64,000 nt of DNA from Squalus acanthias (lineage: Eukaryota). Both the position numbers and the translations under genes were made by a program. Positions 12,781 through 24,666 of this stretch are shown piece after piece. How positions within the stretch are numbered: position 1 is the stretch's first letter; each line of letters opens with the position of its first letter. Under the pieces are notes generated by a model, which had not been told where the DNA came from, made no database searches, and saw only the letters and a program-made list of their open reading frames with translations. Location: assembly GCA_030390025.1 (NCBI GenBank), contig JASTWF010000379.1:372001-436000 (forward strand), given 5' to 3'.

Positions 12781-13434
12781 ATTAACTCGGTCTTCAATGA
12801 ATTTTCTCCCAGCTTGTAAAAGTTTTTCGCTTTCATTAGCACTTTGGTAAAAGCATCCTGAATATGTAGAAGATTCTGTTCTCTATCTATATATTTATGT
12901 CAACTCCTCTTAATTCAGAGTTGCTTACTTTGAATTGTCTGATAATTCTGTTTTTAGCACTAAATTCCAAGTTTGCTGTGTTTTTACATTCCTTGATTTG
13001 AATGATTGGATCATTTGATTTTCTTTACTGCAAAAATTAATTTTCGAATTATCGCGAGTAGATTATATTTAAGGAAGCAGTCACAAAGTTGGCAGGCAAC
13101 AGTATCGAGTTATGCTCCTTACCATTTACCTGTGCAATGAGTTCAGTAGACGTGCTGTGAATCTTTATGTACTCGTGGGTCATCATCCAGCACTAATATA
13201 AAACAGTTTGTGATATGCTGAATGCTTGTTTGTTGCATACCTGGGAAATTGCAGTAGGATTTTGCAGAATCAAACTCTTGAGTCTCAAAACTAATTACTT
13301 GACTTCTTATGTGCAATACATGAATTCACATGAATACTGTACTTTATGTGCATACATGGGCATGCAGAAGCAAATGACTGAAGCATGAGTTTATGATACT
13401 GATGTCCTTGAGTGATTGTTGAAAAGTCCCTTAC

Positions 13435-13553
13435 CTTCCACCAGTGAGGTGAGTAAGGTGACGTTGGCTGCTTTGCGCCTTCCTGCAGGCAAATTCAATC
13501 CGATCTTTTCCAACTTTTCTCGCAAAGATCTGCCGCCATTTTTCGACTTTGCC
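13435..13553 (-). CDS. TFAP2E: AP-2 coding exon 5, basic region / helix-span-helix start
   Basis: tccttag|G GCA AAG TCG...; [40 protein letters not shown]|gtaag. 119 nt, the canonical AP-2 exon 5 length. Confidence 0.96.
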
Positions 13554-13996
13554 CTAAGGAAGACAGACACTTGTTTCAATCCTGTGTGTAGCTGGAAAAG
13601 TAACAATTCTGTGAGCTCCTCATCTGTTTAGTCGAGATATTCATGAGCTTAGCTGTATTTTATCAAAATATGTAAAATATTATACATGCTCATTCTTACT
13701 TGAAACAAACTCAATTTCTATGTATCTTGCACCTTCTTCCTTTTAATCTACTTCCCAGTTTACTTTTTTTTTCATTTCTTGTTAGTCTCTTTTCTTTCTC
13801 ATTTTTTTCTCTCTTTAGTCATCTCTTCTTTTCCATTTCTCTTTCCCTTTCACCCTCGATGCCGCTCATGTTTACATTTATCTCACTGTTCAATCACAAT
13901 TTCTTTATTTTTCTCTAACCCTTCTGTCTGATACCAACTCTCATTCTCTCTCAGCAGTTCCCCTCTCATCTATAACTCATTCTCTCCCTCACTCAC

Positions 13997-14222
13997 CTCC
14001 TGAGCACTCCTCCGAGTAGTGATGCGTTCAGACACTCTGGCGGCGACAGGCGCCTCTGAACCTCTCCCACAGTCACTTTGTACTTGGATGTGGAGCTGAG
14101 CAGTGACAGGCGGCCTGGGACGGAGCAGAACACTTCATTTGGGTTCGTCACTCCTCCGACCAAGCCATCCTTTTGCATGCTCAAAGAAAGTGAACTGCCA
14201 TTGGCTTTAATCGGCATCGGAA
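13997..14222 (-). CDS. TFAP2E: AP-2 coding exon 4, start of basic DNA-binding region
   Basis: ttatttcag|TT CCG ATG...; encodes VPMPIK...[47 protein letters not shown]; donor AG|gtgagt. Confidence 0.96.
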
Positions 14223-16221
14223 CTGAAATAAAGCAAAAAAATAAACTCACTATAGAATATAGTGCACGAAATTTTGAATGCATTCTATGCAGAAACAATA
14301 GGTAACATAGAACAGGTGAGGCATTCCACAGTATGAAGAGTGTTTGTCAAATATCTATTAAGCAGTAAAATGTGCGTCATATGCATGTAGATTATGATCA
14401 TATACTGAAAACACATATGGGACAATGGATGGCCAGGGATGTGACTGAAGGGATCCATTCAGTCTAGGCTTGTGCATCAGTGGTAAAACCACAAACTCGT
14501 ATAACAAGTCCCAAACCATCGCGGTATCTCAATGCATCTCAGTCATTAACCCCTGACCATCCATTATTTTGTGTATCAACAAACACACGGCTGATCAAAA
14601 TCTTTAAATAAAATGCTTTAAAGCAGCCAGGACACTATAATTGTCCTCATTGCCTCTGGCCGAGTGAGAGGAAGAGCTGCCAGGGTTTCTACTCCAGTGA
14701 CCCTGTAGGAAAGTGCGCATATGTAATAAAGCCAATTTGCACCAGTCCTGAACACTGTTCCGAGGTACGAAATATTTTTTTTCTTCATTAAAACTTCCTG
14801 GAAATGGATGTTGACTTCAAGGGAGCAGGGCACCAACCATCTGCCTTCCCTAAAATCATCGACATTGTTTTTTTAAATCTTGGGGAGGAAAAAGAACACA
14901 CCTAGCCTAATATTGCCTATCCTGGGCCAGATATCCGTGCTTACCTTCACTGCCAAAGGAAGCATGATTTTGGGTGCAAATGCTTGATTCCTACTGGTAG
15001 TGAATTGAAATGGCCAACCAGTGAGAAACAGCCCAGGCTAAAACTCCTGCTGGCAGTCTGGCCTGGCCTGGCGTCTGCTCAGCGTGAGTGAGGCCTACAG
15101 TACATGCAAGTGCATTGTATCAAAATCCATTCTCAATCAAATCCATAACATGGTTTAAATGTAATAAAAGCAAAATCTTGCTGAGTGCTGATCCAATTCA
15201 AGGAAACCGTTGTCACGACCCAAACTGCTTGTGATATAAATCCTATTCATACAACAGCAACTATTTCTGATTTTTGTTTTAATCATATTTTCTTGACAAT
15301 TTTCTCTGCCATTTCCTTGCCCCCCCCCCCGCACCCCGCCAAAGTTATCTGCTCTTTACGAAGGTACAGTTCCACAAACATCAGTTGCCCTCAGTACCTA
15401 GCCACAATTCATTTGTAAGCCTCGACTGTGTGTCGGCGGGTGATATCACTTGGGGGGCATGGCAGCCAGGGCTGTTCTCAGCATCGTCCGTGCAGCTCCG
15501 CTTCCAGCAGTAGTTGCCTGATAGTGAGCAAACATGCAAAAATGTTCATGTTTGATCAGGATAGTCAACATTTTGGACAATCTTTCCCACTGCAAAAATT
15601 GTCACAGATGAAATATTGCTCTTCAGTCAAATGATACGGCCACTTAGCATATAAACAGCCCGGTACTGAGCCAAACTATTTCCCTGCAGTCCATGTGGTA
15701 ACTGGGCTGCCATTATTTTCTTAGGGTAGGTGTTGTGGGTTGAGGCCTATTAACATTGTTTTAAGAAACACATTTTACAATACTGTTCTACAGTTGCTAA
15801 AAATTGAAATTATTTACGCTTGGGGCATATTTTTCAAGGTTAATTTAGTTTCTACTTATTTGTTTCCTTGCTCTCGCTCACTATGCGTAAACCTTGTTTT
15901 TTTACTTGTACTGTTTAAGTGGCAAATTACGGTTGTGTGCAAATATATTATAATTTGAAGCACAAAAATTCAGTTTATACAAGCTCGCTCCCCACCCACT
16001 GTACAAACAAGGTTATAGTCAGCACTAGTATAGCCAGTCTTACTGCATGCAAATGTGGTTAGAAGTATTGTTTTGCTTGCCCTAATCCATTATCAGGATT
16101 TCACTGTATGCCTAAATACAAATGTCACAGCAGCAATTATCAAGCAGGAGTACACAAGGTACATTAAAATTGATTGTGTTGGCAGTACAGCATGTGCTGC
16201 ACCAAGGTGTGATGAGATTTT

Positions 16222-17701
16222 GGCCTAGAAATTGGGACCTTGAGCGCCGGCCATTAAGGCCGGTTTTGAAGAAAAAATGGCAGCCGCCTTGCTTCTGCCC
16301 ACTTCCAACGCGGAACGCAGCGGCCACCGTATTGGGCATGTCGGCAGCGCTGCCGTTGCCTGTGCTCACCTCAAATATTTTAACGATCGAGATTGTAACG
16401 TCAATCGGCGTGCAACGCTGAATTGACGCACGCTGAGCAATTTTGGACATTGCCGTTCCTTTTAATGACCTGGCCAAAGCGTGCCCGTGTGTGCAGCCTT
16501 TGCCAGCGTGTAGATCCGGGAGAAAGCGGAGGAGATCTTTAGATCTCTCAGTCTTCAATAACTATGCAGAGTATGTGCAGCCCCACTGAACCCAGGCTCT
16601 GTGACAGGTTTGCATTCTTAACTGATCACTGTTTCAAATAATTTTGACATTGTTTGCACGAGAAGTGTCAGCTGTGGCTCAGTGGGGAGCACACTCGCCT
16701 CTGAGTCAGAAGGTTGTGGGTTCAAAGTCCCACTCCAGGGACTTGAGCACATAAAGCTAGGCTGACACTCCAGTGCAGTGCTGAGGGAGTGCTGCACTGT
16801 CGGAGGCGCTGACTTCTGGATGAGACGTTAAACCGAGGCCCCGTCTGCTCTCTCAGGTGGGCCTTAAAGATCCCATGGCACTATTTCGAAGAAGAGCAGG
16901 GGAGTTATCCCCAGTGTCCTGACCAATATTTATCCCTCAATCAACATAACAAAAACAGATGATCTGGTCATTATCACATTGCTGTTTGTGGGAGCCTTGC
17001 TGTGCGCAAATTGGCTACTGCGTTTCCCACATTACAACAGTGACTCCAATCCAAAAGTACTTCATTGGCTGTAAAGCGCTTTGAGATGTCCGGTGGTCGT
17101 GAAAGGCGCTATATAAATGCAAGTCTTTCTTTTTTTCTTTCAGATGGTGTAATCAGGAATTTGATGACACATGTAGCATGATTTTTCATATTTGGACATC
17201 AAACTGCTAGAATGATTCCACCCAAATTGCAGTCATTTGATCAGTTAATGACGACTTTTTTTGATTAATAATTGTACTTGACAAATTAGCCAGCTAAATA
17301 TTTCAGAGTCAGCAGTTGAATTAAACATAGATTTCAGCTAAACTGCAGGTTGCATTGTTTCAAATCTGACAGCTTAGTGTTTTTTTAGGCTTTGATATAT
17401 CTTGCACACCCTCTCTGTCAACTTGTAAAACACAAGAAACATAACCAGAAGCATTCCACTTCAGTTTCATAAATCTCGATTTCCTGATCACGCAGCACAG
17501 ATACTTTAGACCCGACCTTCGGCCTCCTGCTGAGCCCACCGCCTGAAACAGTGCGTTGCACGGTAGGTTCTGCGCGGCGCTCATTTAAGTCAGCAGGCAG
17601 CACCAAAACAACGGTGCTGCCCGCGCTTTTTTTACAGGAGCGAATTAACCTCGCCCCGCGGTGGCACTGCCCGATTTCGGGCTTTATCGAATTTTTAGGC
17701 C
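16222..17701. mobile_element. TIR element (Harbinger-like) hosting a full-length SINE
   Basis: ggcctagaaatt (16222) and aatttttaggcc (17690-17701) are an 11/12 inverted match, with CpG-rich subterminal regions. Confidence 0.6.
16667..17140 (+). mobile_element. Full-length SacSINE1-like Deu-domain SINE
   Basis: tRNA-like head (tggctcagtgg A-box; ggttcaaagtcc B-box), Deu core (atgagacgttaaaccgaggccccgtctg...gatcccatggcactatttcgaagaagagcagggg), L2-like tail ggcgctatataaatgcaagtc(tttc)n. Confidence 0.9.
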
Positions 17702-18071
17702 TACAGTCCTTGTGTCACTACATCTCAGCTGCATCACTGTAAGGAGGCGAAATGGGGCTCAGGCATAGCGATGGAGAGAATAATTGGGGAGTGTTATCAA
17801 CAGACTTTCTCAAATAACACACGGTAATTGGCTTGAGAACTGCTGTAGGTCTAAATGGTGCACATGCCCTGTAGCCATACAAGGTGTCTAATGGCCCACG
17901 AAGACCAGAATGGGGCAAAACAGGGGGGAAAAAATTAGAACATAATATACTCTCAGGCAAAAAAATGTGAAATACATTATGAATATCAATGTCTATGAAT
18001 ATCCACCTGAAATCTCGATTGAAAAGAATTGCATTAGGTAGTTATGAAGTAGGGTATATATTCAATACATG

Positions 18072-19392
18072 GGCCCAGAAATTAAACACTGAGGGGGAAA
18101 AAGGGGGAAAAATTCAGCTGCTTGCACCTCCCGTTAGCGCCTTAAGAGGGCGCTAATGGGGCGTAAAGCAGCTAACGCCCGGGCGCAGCGCCGCCCACGC
18201 CTCCCGAAAAATTTAGTGGGAGGTTAGCGGCGGCGGCAGCCGGTAGCGCCCTGTGGCGCTGCGCCGCCGGCGATGACGTCATCGCCGTGCGCAGCACCCC
18301 GCTCGCGCCCCGGCCGTGATCTTCAGTCGCGCCCCCTGATTTACCGCCAGACGCTATGTCCGACGGGTTCAGGGAGGCGTACGTGCGGCCGGGGCGGCGA
18401 TATTTAAAGCGGAGGTGGCAGGCGGCCATTTTTGTTGCTGGCCGCCTGCCAGCACCTGCCCCCGGCCCCCGTGAAGCCCCCCCACCGTGAAGTGCCGGCT
18501 GCGCTCCAAGAGCCCGGCACTTCTCTTGAGTGCCGGGCTCTTTTGCCGGCACTCCCGATCCCTGGGGGCCCAGCTGGGCCCCGGTTCGCGCTGCGCAGGG
18601 TCCCTCCCCTTTAAGAAGGGGAGGAAGGTCTGCAATACCGCGGCGCGACGTGCCGCAGCGCGTGGCTGAGTGTTCACGCGGGGGTAAGGCTTCCCCGCGA
18701 TATCTCACTCCGCGCCTACCTTTTTCCTCCGGGCCCACACGAACTTTAGTTTCAAGGCTGCAGCTGTGCAGTGCTTGCGTGACCCAGAGATGCAATTAGT
18801 TCATGCGAGCTCTGGGATCACGTGATTCAGTTAGAGCCAATGGCAGCACACCATCTTTCATTCATAGTTTTGACAGGAAGACCTGTCAAAGCTATGAATA
18901 ATATACCCCCCCAAAAGAACAGCTAAACCTCAATTAAATTTAAAAAATAGCCATCACATTAATAAAATAAGTATAGTTAAATAAATTAACCACTTTAAAC
19001 AAAAAATTACATTTTTGAAAAAATTTAAAATCTTTTTAAAAGTTATAAAAATAAACTTACCTTTCTTTAAAGTCTCTAACAAAGATAAACCTGTTGAAAA
19101 AAAATTAAAATAATACTTAATTAACTACTTACCTTGTTAAAAGAGGGTCTTACGCCTCCTTTCTTTATGTGTAAAATCTTCCATGCTTACCTGCGCGTTC
19201 AAAGCACTAAGTGCACTGCGTGCGCGCAGCCTGTAGCGCGCACGCGGTTCACTTAGGAACCGCCCCCTTTTGAATTCACGAAGTGCCGGTTTCCCGCGCA
19301 TGCGCAGTGCATGCTGGAAACCGGCAATTGGAGACCTAAAACGCGAGAGTACACAGTGCATACTCTCGCATATTAGGTCTAATTTTCGGGCC
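18072..19392. mobile_element. Composite Harbinger-like non-autonomous element with ATG TSD
   Basis: TIR ggcccagaaatt / aattttcgggcc with ATG on both flanks (18069-71, 19393-95). Left half is homologous to 6903-7440. Confidence 0.65.
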
Positions 19393-19469
19393 ATGATGTA
19401 TAGATAAGCTGCCCATTTCTTCCAATAATTTCTAGCATATATGAAAACATGCCTTGTACCACACATATA

Positions 19470-19740
19470 TTACATATATTACATAGAATTACATAGAATA
19501 TTATAGCACAGAAACAGGCCATTCGGCCCAACAGGTCTATGCCGGTGTTTATGCTCCACACGAGCCTCTTCCCACCTTACTTCATCTCACCCTATCAGCA
19601 TATCCTGCTATTCATTTCTTCCTCAAGTGCTTATCTAGCTTCCCCTTAAAAGCATCTATGCTATTTGTCTCCATTGCTCCATGCTGTAGCAAATTCCATA
19701 TTCTAACCACTCTCTCGGTAAAGAAGTTTCACCTGAATTC
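19470..19740 (-). mobile_element. CR1 LINE 3' end
   Basis: (ttacatagaa)n tail then gcacagaaacaggccattcggccc..., typical of a shark CR1 3'UTR. Confidence 0.7.
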
Positions 19741-19749
19741 CTGCAGTCT

Positions 19750-19953
19750 TTTCTATAGCACCTTTCACGACCTCAGGACGTTCCAAAGTGCTTCACAACC
19801 AATGAAGTACTTTTTGAAGTGTAGTCAGTGCTTTAATGTAGGAAACGCAGCAGCCAATTTATGCACAGCACGATCCCACAAACAGCAATGAGATAATGAC
19901 CTGATAATCTCTTTTTTAGTGATGTTGGTTGAGGGATATATATTGGCCAGGAG
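19750..19953 (-). mobile_element. SacSINE1-like SINE 3' fragment
   Basis: Reverse complement of the SINE tail and Deu 3' part. Confidence 0.8.
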
Positions 19954-21049
19954 TGTTAAAAAATATCTATAAACTGTTACACTGTTAAAAATACACATCA
20001 CATAAAACATATCCTGCAACAAACCAGGTAGATTATAGTGTCTACTATGTACTCCTGTTTCTATTCTATATATTTAAAAAGTTCATAAAATATAATAAGT
20101 ACCTACCTCTCTGTTTTGTTAAGCTGTATTTTATATAGAATTGTATTCCATTGATTAGACAAAGTTATAGACAAATATTGCATGATTAATATGAAACACG
20201 GTTAGTAAAAACAAGGCACCCCTGACTCCCTGGAAATTGCGAAGAAACTATTGCAATCTGTTATTCCCTATTAATGATGTGTTATTGCATTATTTTAAAA
20301 GGTTTAAATGACATTTGGTTTCACAAAGGGTTAACACTCCAAAATGTAGCACACAAGATAAGTGATACAGGGGAGAGATGTGGCTGATCAGGTTATGCAT
20401 GCCAGCTGAGCCCCAATGTTCGATTATAGTCTTTACTCCCTCTGCAGTACCTCTTACTTCATGTAATACCCACTACCTATCAACCGTGACATTTCCGTTT
20501 TTAAAGATTCCATCTATTGCTCACCACTTTGGCAGAAAAGCCCTTAGGATTTTGGCACTTTGGTTATGTTACAAAATGCCAGTTAAAACTAGTCTTGAAT
20601 TATCCAACATTCCACATTCAGACTCTGGTAGGCCTTGGTTATACTGCCACCTGTGTACTGGAAAGCCAGTATGAATACACTTCTCCCACTTTAATGTGAT
20701 AGAAGAGTTACACTGCAACTTCTAGTGTCACTGTGAAGCGAGAGCTGAGAGCCGCATTGCATCAAAGCAGAAGTAGCAATAAAATTGAAGCCTTACAAAA
20801 CAGAAGTCCACAGTTAATCATCACCTTTGGCAAATTATTTCACATGCCTGTGCATGCTTTTCACTGAGAAATTGCCTTTGAAATTTCAAATATTCCAAAT
20901 TAATTTCTTGCGTATAGAGTATATACGAATATATTCAATGAACAAGTGTGCAAATATAATCCTAAACAATTACATTGTACTGTCTGATATATTCACTCAT
21001 TGCATGTTAGTCTGGTTATAAATTCTGCCTTAAAAACTGTTCCAATATT

Positions 21050-21530
21050 AATGGCCTGTGGAGAGTGAACTGGGCTATTTTAGAAAAAGAAACAGTAAAA
21101 AGAAATATACCCTAAATGGAAAGAGTTTTAACAGAAAGATGATGGGGATGCATACTTAAATCTTTAAAGCTGGGCGTGCAAATAGTGAAGGCCAATCTGG
21201 GTTTTATATGTAGGATATTGAATACAAAAGTAACTATGTGAATTTGGACAATACATTAGTTAGTTCACAGGTGAAGTGTTGCAAGCAGTTCTGGGTACCC
21301 CATTATAGGAAAGGTGTTAAGAGCCTCGGAAATGTTTGTTAGGCAAGGGTTACGGAACTAAGGCGGAGTTAAGATACAGATCAGCCATGACCTAATTGAA
21401 TGGCGGAACAGGCTCGAGGGGCTGCATGGCCTCCTTCTGTTCTTATGTTCCTATGTTTCTAAAGGGTACAGCAAGAATTCACATGGACGATACCACAGAT
21501 GAGAAGTTATAGTTAGGAAGAAAGGCTCAA
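21050..21530 (+). mobile_element. Old CR1 ORF2 remnant with a younger CR1 tail inserted (about 21330-21460)
   Basis: Degenerate IEYKS / LVSSQVKCCKQFWVPHYRK motifs flank gatcagccatgacctaattgaatggcggaacaggctcgagggg...ttcttatgttcctatg. Confidence 0.6.
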
Positions 21531-21686
21531 AACAAGCAGTTCCTGCTCTTTTTTGCTGTACGGTGACCCTCTGCCATAAAATGCATGAATGTGGCTAGCA
21601 AGTGACTACAGGATCGATCTTGACTGTGATTTCCACCCCTCCCCCCCCCCCCCCCCCCAGTTTACAAATAGTCTGCTGATACTCAT

Positions 21687-21859
21687 GGGGTAGAAATTTG
21701 TCACAAAACGGGTGGTATCGCATTGGCTGCCCGTTATACGACCCGCCGCTATTCAGTTCTATTGACATGAATGGAACTGAATATCGGGCAGGGTGTACAA
21801 CGGGCAGCCGATATATACCCTTTTACTTGTGCTGCCGCCCCAAGACGGATTTCTACCCC
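21687..21859. mobile_element. Palindromic MITE inserted in an old SINE
   Basis: TIR ggggtagaaat / atttctacccc; inner arms ggctgcccgttatac..tattcagttc / gaactgaatat..gtacaacgggcagcc. Confidence 0.75.
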
Positions 21860-22182
21860 TCACTCTCTCGGCTCGCACATGAAGAATAGCCAGTTGGGTG
21901 AGGTATTAGAGAGCTGTCTGCAATGGTGCAACGGTACCCAGCATGCATCACTCTCTTCAAGCAAAATGGGGAATAAAGAAAGAAAATGGCCACAAATGGT
22001 TTTGATGGCCGTTCTGTAATCCTAATACATTGTTATTTTTTCCCCAAATACTGAGCCACATTCAGTAACGAAACAACAAACATTCTCGGATTGTGCTAAT
22101 TTCTATTTACACGCAGCTGTAATGAGCTTCGTAAAGTGTCTCGCATAAAGCGTTCCCATCGCAGTTCATCAACTTAAATTGC

Positions 22183-22607
22183 TTTGCTGCATTCTCGTGC
22201 CACCTTCCTTCCTTATTATAATTTTACTGAATTTATCTCAGAAAAATACAAGCAGCTCTTCAGCAGCATCAGCTCCAGCTGGCTGTGGCTTAACACGCCC
22301 TGTGTTGTATTGGAAAAAAAACCCCAGCTGGTGCTCACTCGTAACAGCACACACCTGAAAAGCCTGCACTGGTGTGGTTACCAGAATACAGTGCACACAC
22401 TGTGCTGATTTTATGCACTAATTAATGAATTTTGCTCATTTGCACATTGTAGCGGAATGAGTCCCCAGGCCTGAAAATGACTTACTGCAGGCGATTCCTA
22501 CTCTCTTTATGTAACCGGAAGAACAACATCTCTGTATTCAAGATCACATGTGGCTCAGCTGCACAAACCTACAACATGCTCAGCCCTTGATGATTCGGTC
22601 TAAACAG
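22183..22607. repeat. Dispersed direct duplication, copy 1
   Basis: Aligns by eye to 26823-27205, with long identical blocks such as ttaacacgccctgtgttgtattggaaaa and gaacaacatctctgtattcaag. Confidence 0.9.
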
Positions 22608-22734
22608 GCGTGTATTTTACTAACTGACAGATTTATTTTGATGTTTGCGTAGTTATAAATTTACTTCTTAGTCCTCATGTTATTTATACAACTTAAGCAT
22701 GTGACCTCGGCTAGCACTTAAATGTAATGCTAAT

Positions 22735-23036
22735 CGAGTGCTGCATTGCTGGAGGTGCCATCTCTTGGATTGCCTGCCTGTTTAGACAGAAAACATTCCA
22801 CGGCATTTTTTTTAATGTAAAGCAGGGAGTTCTCCCAGTGTCCTGGCTAACATTTATCCCTCAACCAACATCACCAGAACGGATTAACTGGGGATTCATT
22901 GCATTGCTGTTTGTGGGTTCTTGCTGTGCATAAATTGGCTGCCAAGTTTGCCAATCCACAGTGAGTACACTTTAAAAGCACTTTGGGACCTCCTGAGGAC
23001 ATGAAAGGCACCATATAAATGCGAGTTCTTTCTTTC
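22735..23036 (+). mobile_element. Diverged Deu-SINE copy
   Basis: agcagggagttctcccagtgtcctggctaacatttatccctcaaccaacatc...atataaatgcgagttctttc. Confidence 0.75.
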
Positions 23037-23169
23037 TAATATAAATGTAACAACACAAGCCAAGCCATTTTAAAATAATAACGGTCAAGCTTTGTAACAT
23101 ATCTAATGAAGTAGAAACCCTAACATTTACGTTAAAAAAAACATTTTATTTTCAAGGGTTTTTCTTCCT

Positions 23170-23408
23170 TCAATTCTTCCTTTTCTCCCCTCCTGTCCTG
23201 AAGATGCCGACTCCTTCCTGGGATATGGTTCCATATATGAGTGTAGACAAAAATCTCAGCTAATTTTTCCCTCACTCGTCCAGGGGCACCAAAGCTCCTA
23301 GTAGCCTCCTATCACCTGAGATCAGCAAACTTGGCGTAGAGCAGGAATCAAACCGATGAGTTTACTGGCCTACAGGGCTCAATATAACACCAAGGCCACT
23401 GAGCCATA
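23170..23408 (-). mobile_element. Old tRNA-derived SINE of a second family (related copies near 15300-15680, 21540-22000, 37140-37500)
   Basis: Ends in ccactgagccat (A-box on the minus strand). Shares ctgagatc(a/c)gc(a/t)aa with 37467-37480. Confidence 0.45.
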
Positions 23409-23440
23409 AAGGGGAGCTCCACTAATGTTCTTGAAGGCCA

Positions 23441-23910
23441 TAAGATGATGGGTGAAACTAGAACTAGGGGGCATAGTCTTAGAATAAGGGGCTGCTCTTT
23501 CAAAACTGAGATGAGAAGGAACTACTTCACTCAGAGGGTGGTAGGTCCATGGAATATGCTGCCCCAAAAAGCTGTAGAAGCTACATCATTACATAAATTT
23601 AGAACAGAAATAGACAGTTTCCTAGAAGTAAAGGGAATTAAGGGTTACGGGGAGCGGGCAGGAATTTGGACATGAGTCTAGGTTCGGATCGGTCATGGCC
23701 CTGTGGGTAGCGTAGCGGGCCCAGGGGCCGTGTCGCTTGATCCTGCTCCTATTTCGTGTATCCAATTCTGTTAGGTTCAGGAGATGGTTCTGTGATAGTA
23801 GATTGGCGGTTAGGATCAGATCAGCCATGATCTTATTGAATGGCGGAGCAGGCTCGAGGGGCCAATTGGCCTACTCCTGCTCCTATTTCTTATGTTCTTA
23901 TGTTCTTATG
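23441..23910 (+). mobile_element. CR1 LINE 3' end (ORF2 C-terminus plus 3'UTR)
   Basis: ORF 23445..23675 TRTRGHSLRIRG..FKTEMRRNYFTQRVVGPWNMLPQKAVEA is the CR1 ORF2 terminus; (TTCTTATG)n tail. Confidence 0.9.
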
Positions 23911-23924
23911 TAAGACTGGATGTT

Positions 23925-24040
23925 TCCGACATTACAACTGTGACTACACTTCAAAAGTACTTCATTGGCTGTAAAGCACTATGGGACGTCCTGAGGTCGT
24001 GAAAGGCGCTATAGAAATGCAAGTCTTTCTTTTCTTTCTT
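23925..24040 (+). mobile_element. SacSINE1/L2-type tail fragment
   Basis: acattacaactgtgactacacttcaaaagtacttcattggctgtaaagc...aatgcaagtctttc. Confidence 0.75.
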
Positions 24041-24666
24041 ATTTTACTCAGCAGGCAGTTACTGCTGCTGATTACTGGATCTGCCTAGCTAAATTTTGGC
24101 ATGATTTCTACAGCCGCAAGATTCAAATATTCTATTTTCTGCCAGTTGATGTCCTACTGCTGTTTTGGATAGAAATTAAGTTACTGGCACGGATACAGAG
24201 AAGACAAGTTAACACAGATCTCAGTGAGGTTGGACTTCAACACTGAAAATCTGTTTGCTGTGCTCCTCTGCCCTGTGAATTGCTGTTGTCTGGAGCACTG
24301 CTATGCTGTAGACAGGATTCCAGCCTTACCCAAGCAAAGAGGAGACCTTTTCTTTTCTTACTTGGTGCTCTGGAAATGAGGGCTATGATCTGCATTTCCA
24401 TTGGCTTTTGAAAAATGGAAAAATCAGCAAAGGAGCAATAAACTCTCTGCCCCGCTACTCGGTTAACCACTTCCATGCCTTTGGCGGTAAGTCACTACTG
24501 CCAGCATTATTGGGGCAGTGGGAATTATTTTTTGAACCTGTTGGTCGCTCTTAATACCAAACAAAGCTCTCTCATAAACATGGTACTCCACTTCCTGCTA
24601 GCGTGAAGCTCATGCCTTTAGTTTCTTACCTTTGCAACAGAATAGCATTTATTGAGTTATTTTCTT

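Noticed and set aside
16667-16740. tRNA gene
   Set aside because: It is the tRNA-derived head of a SINE, continuing directly into the Deu domain.
18172-18799. 207-aa and overlapping ORFs in the GC-rich insert
   Set aside because: They fall within a non-autonomous TIR element. Stop codons are rare at this GC content and the homologous copy at 6917-7590 does not keep the frame.
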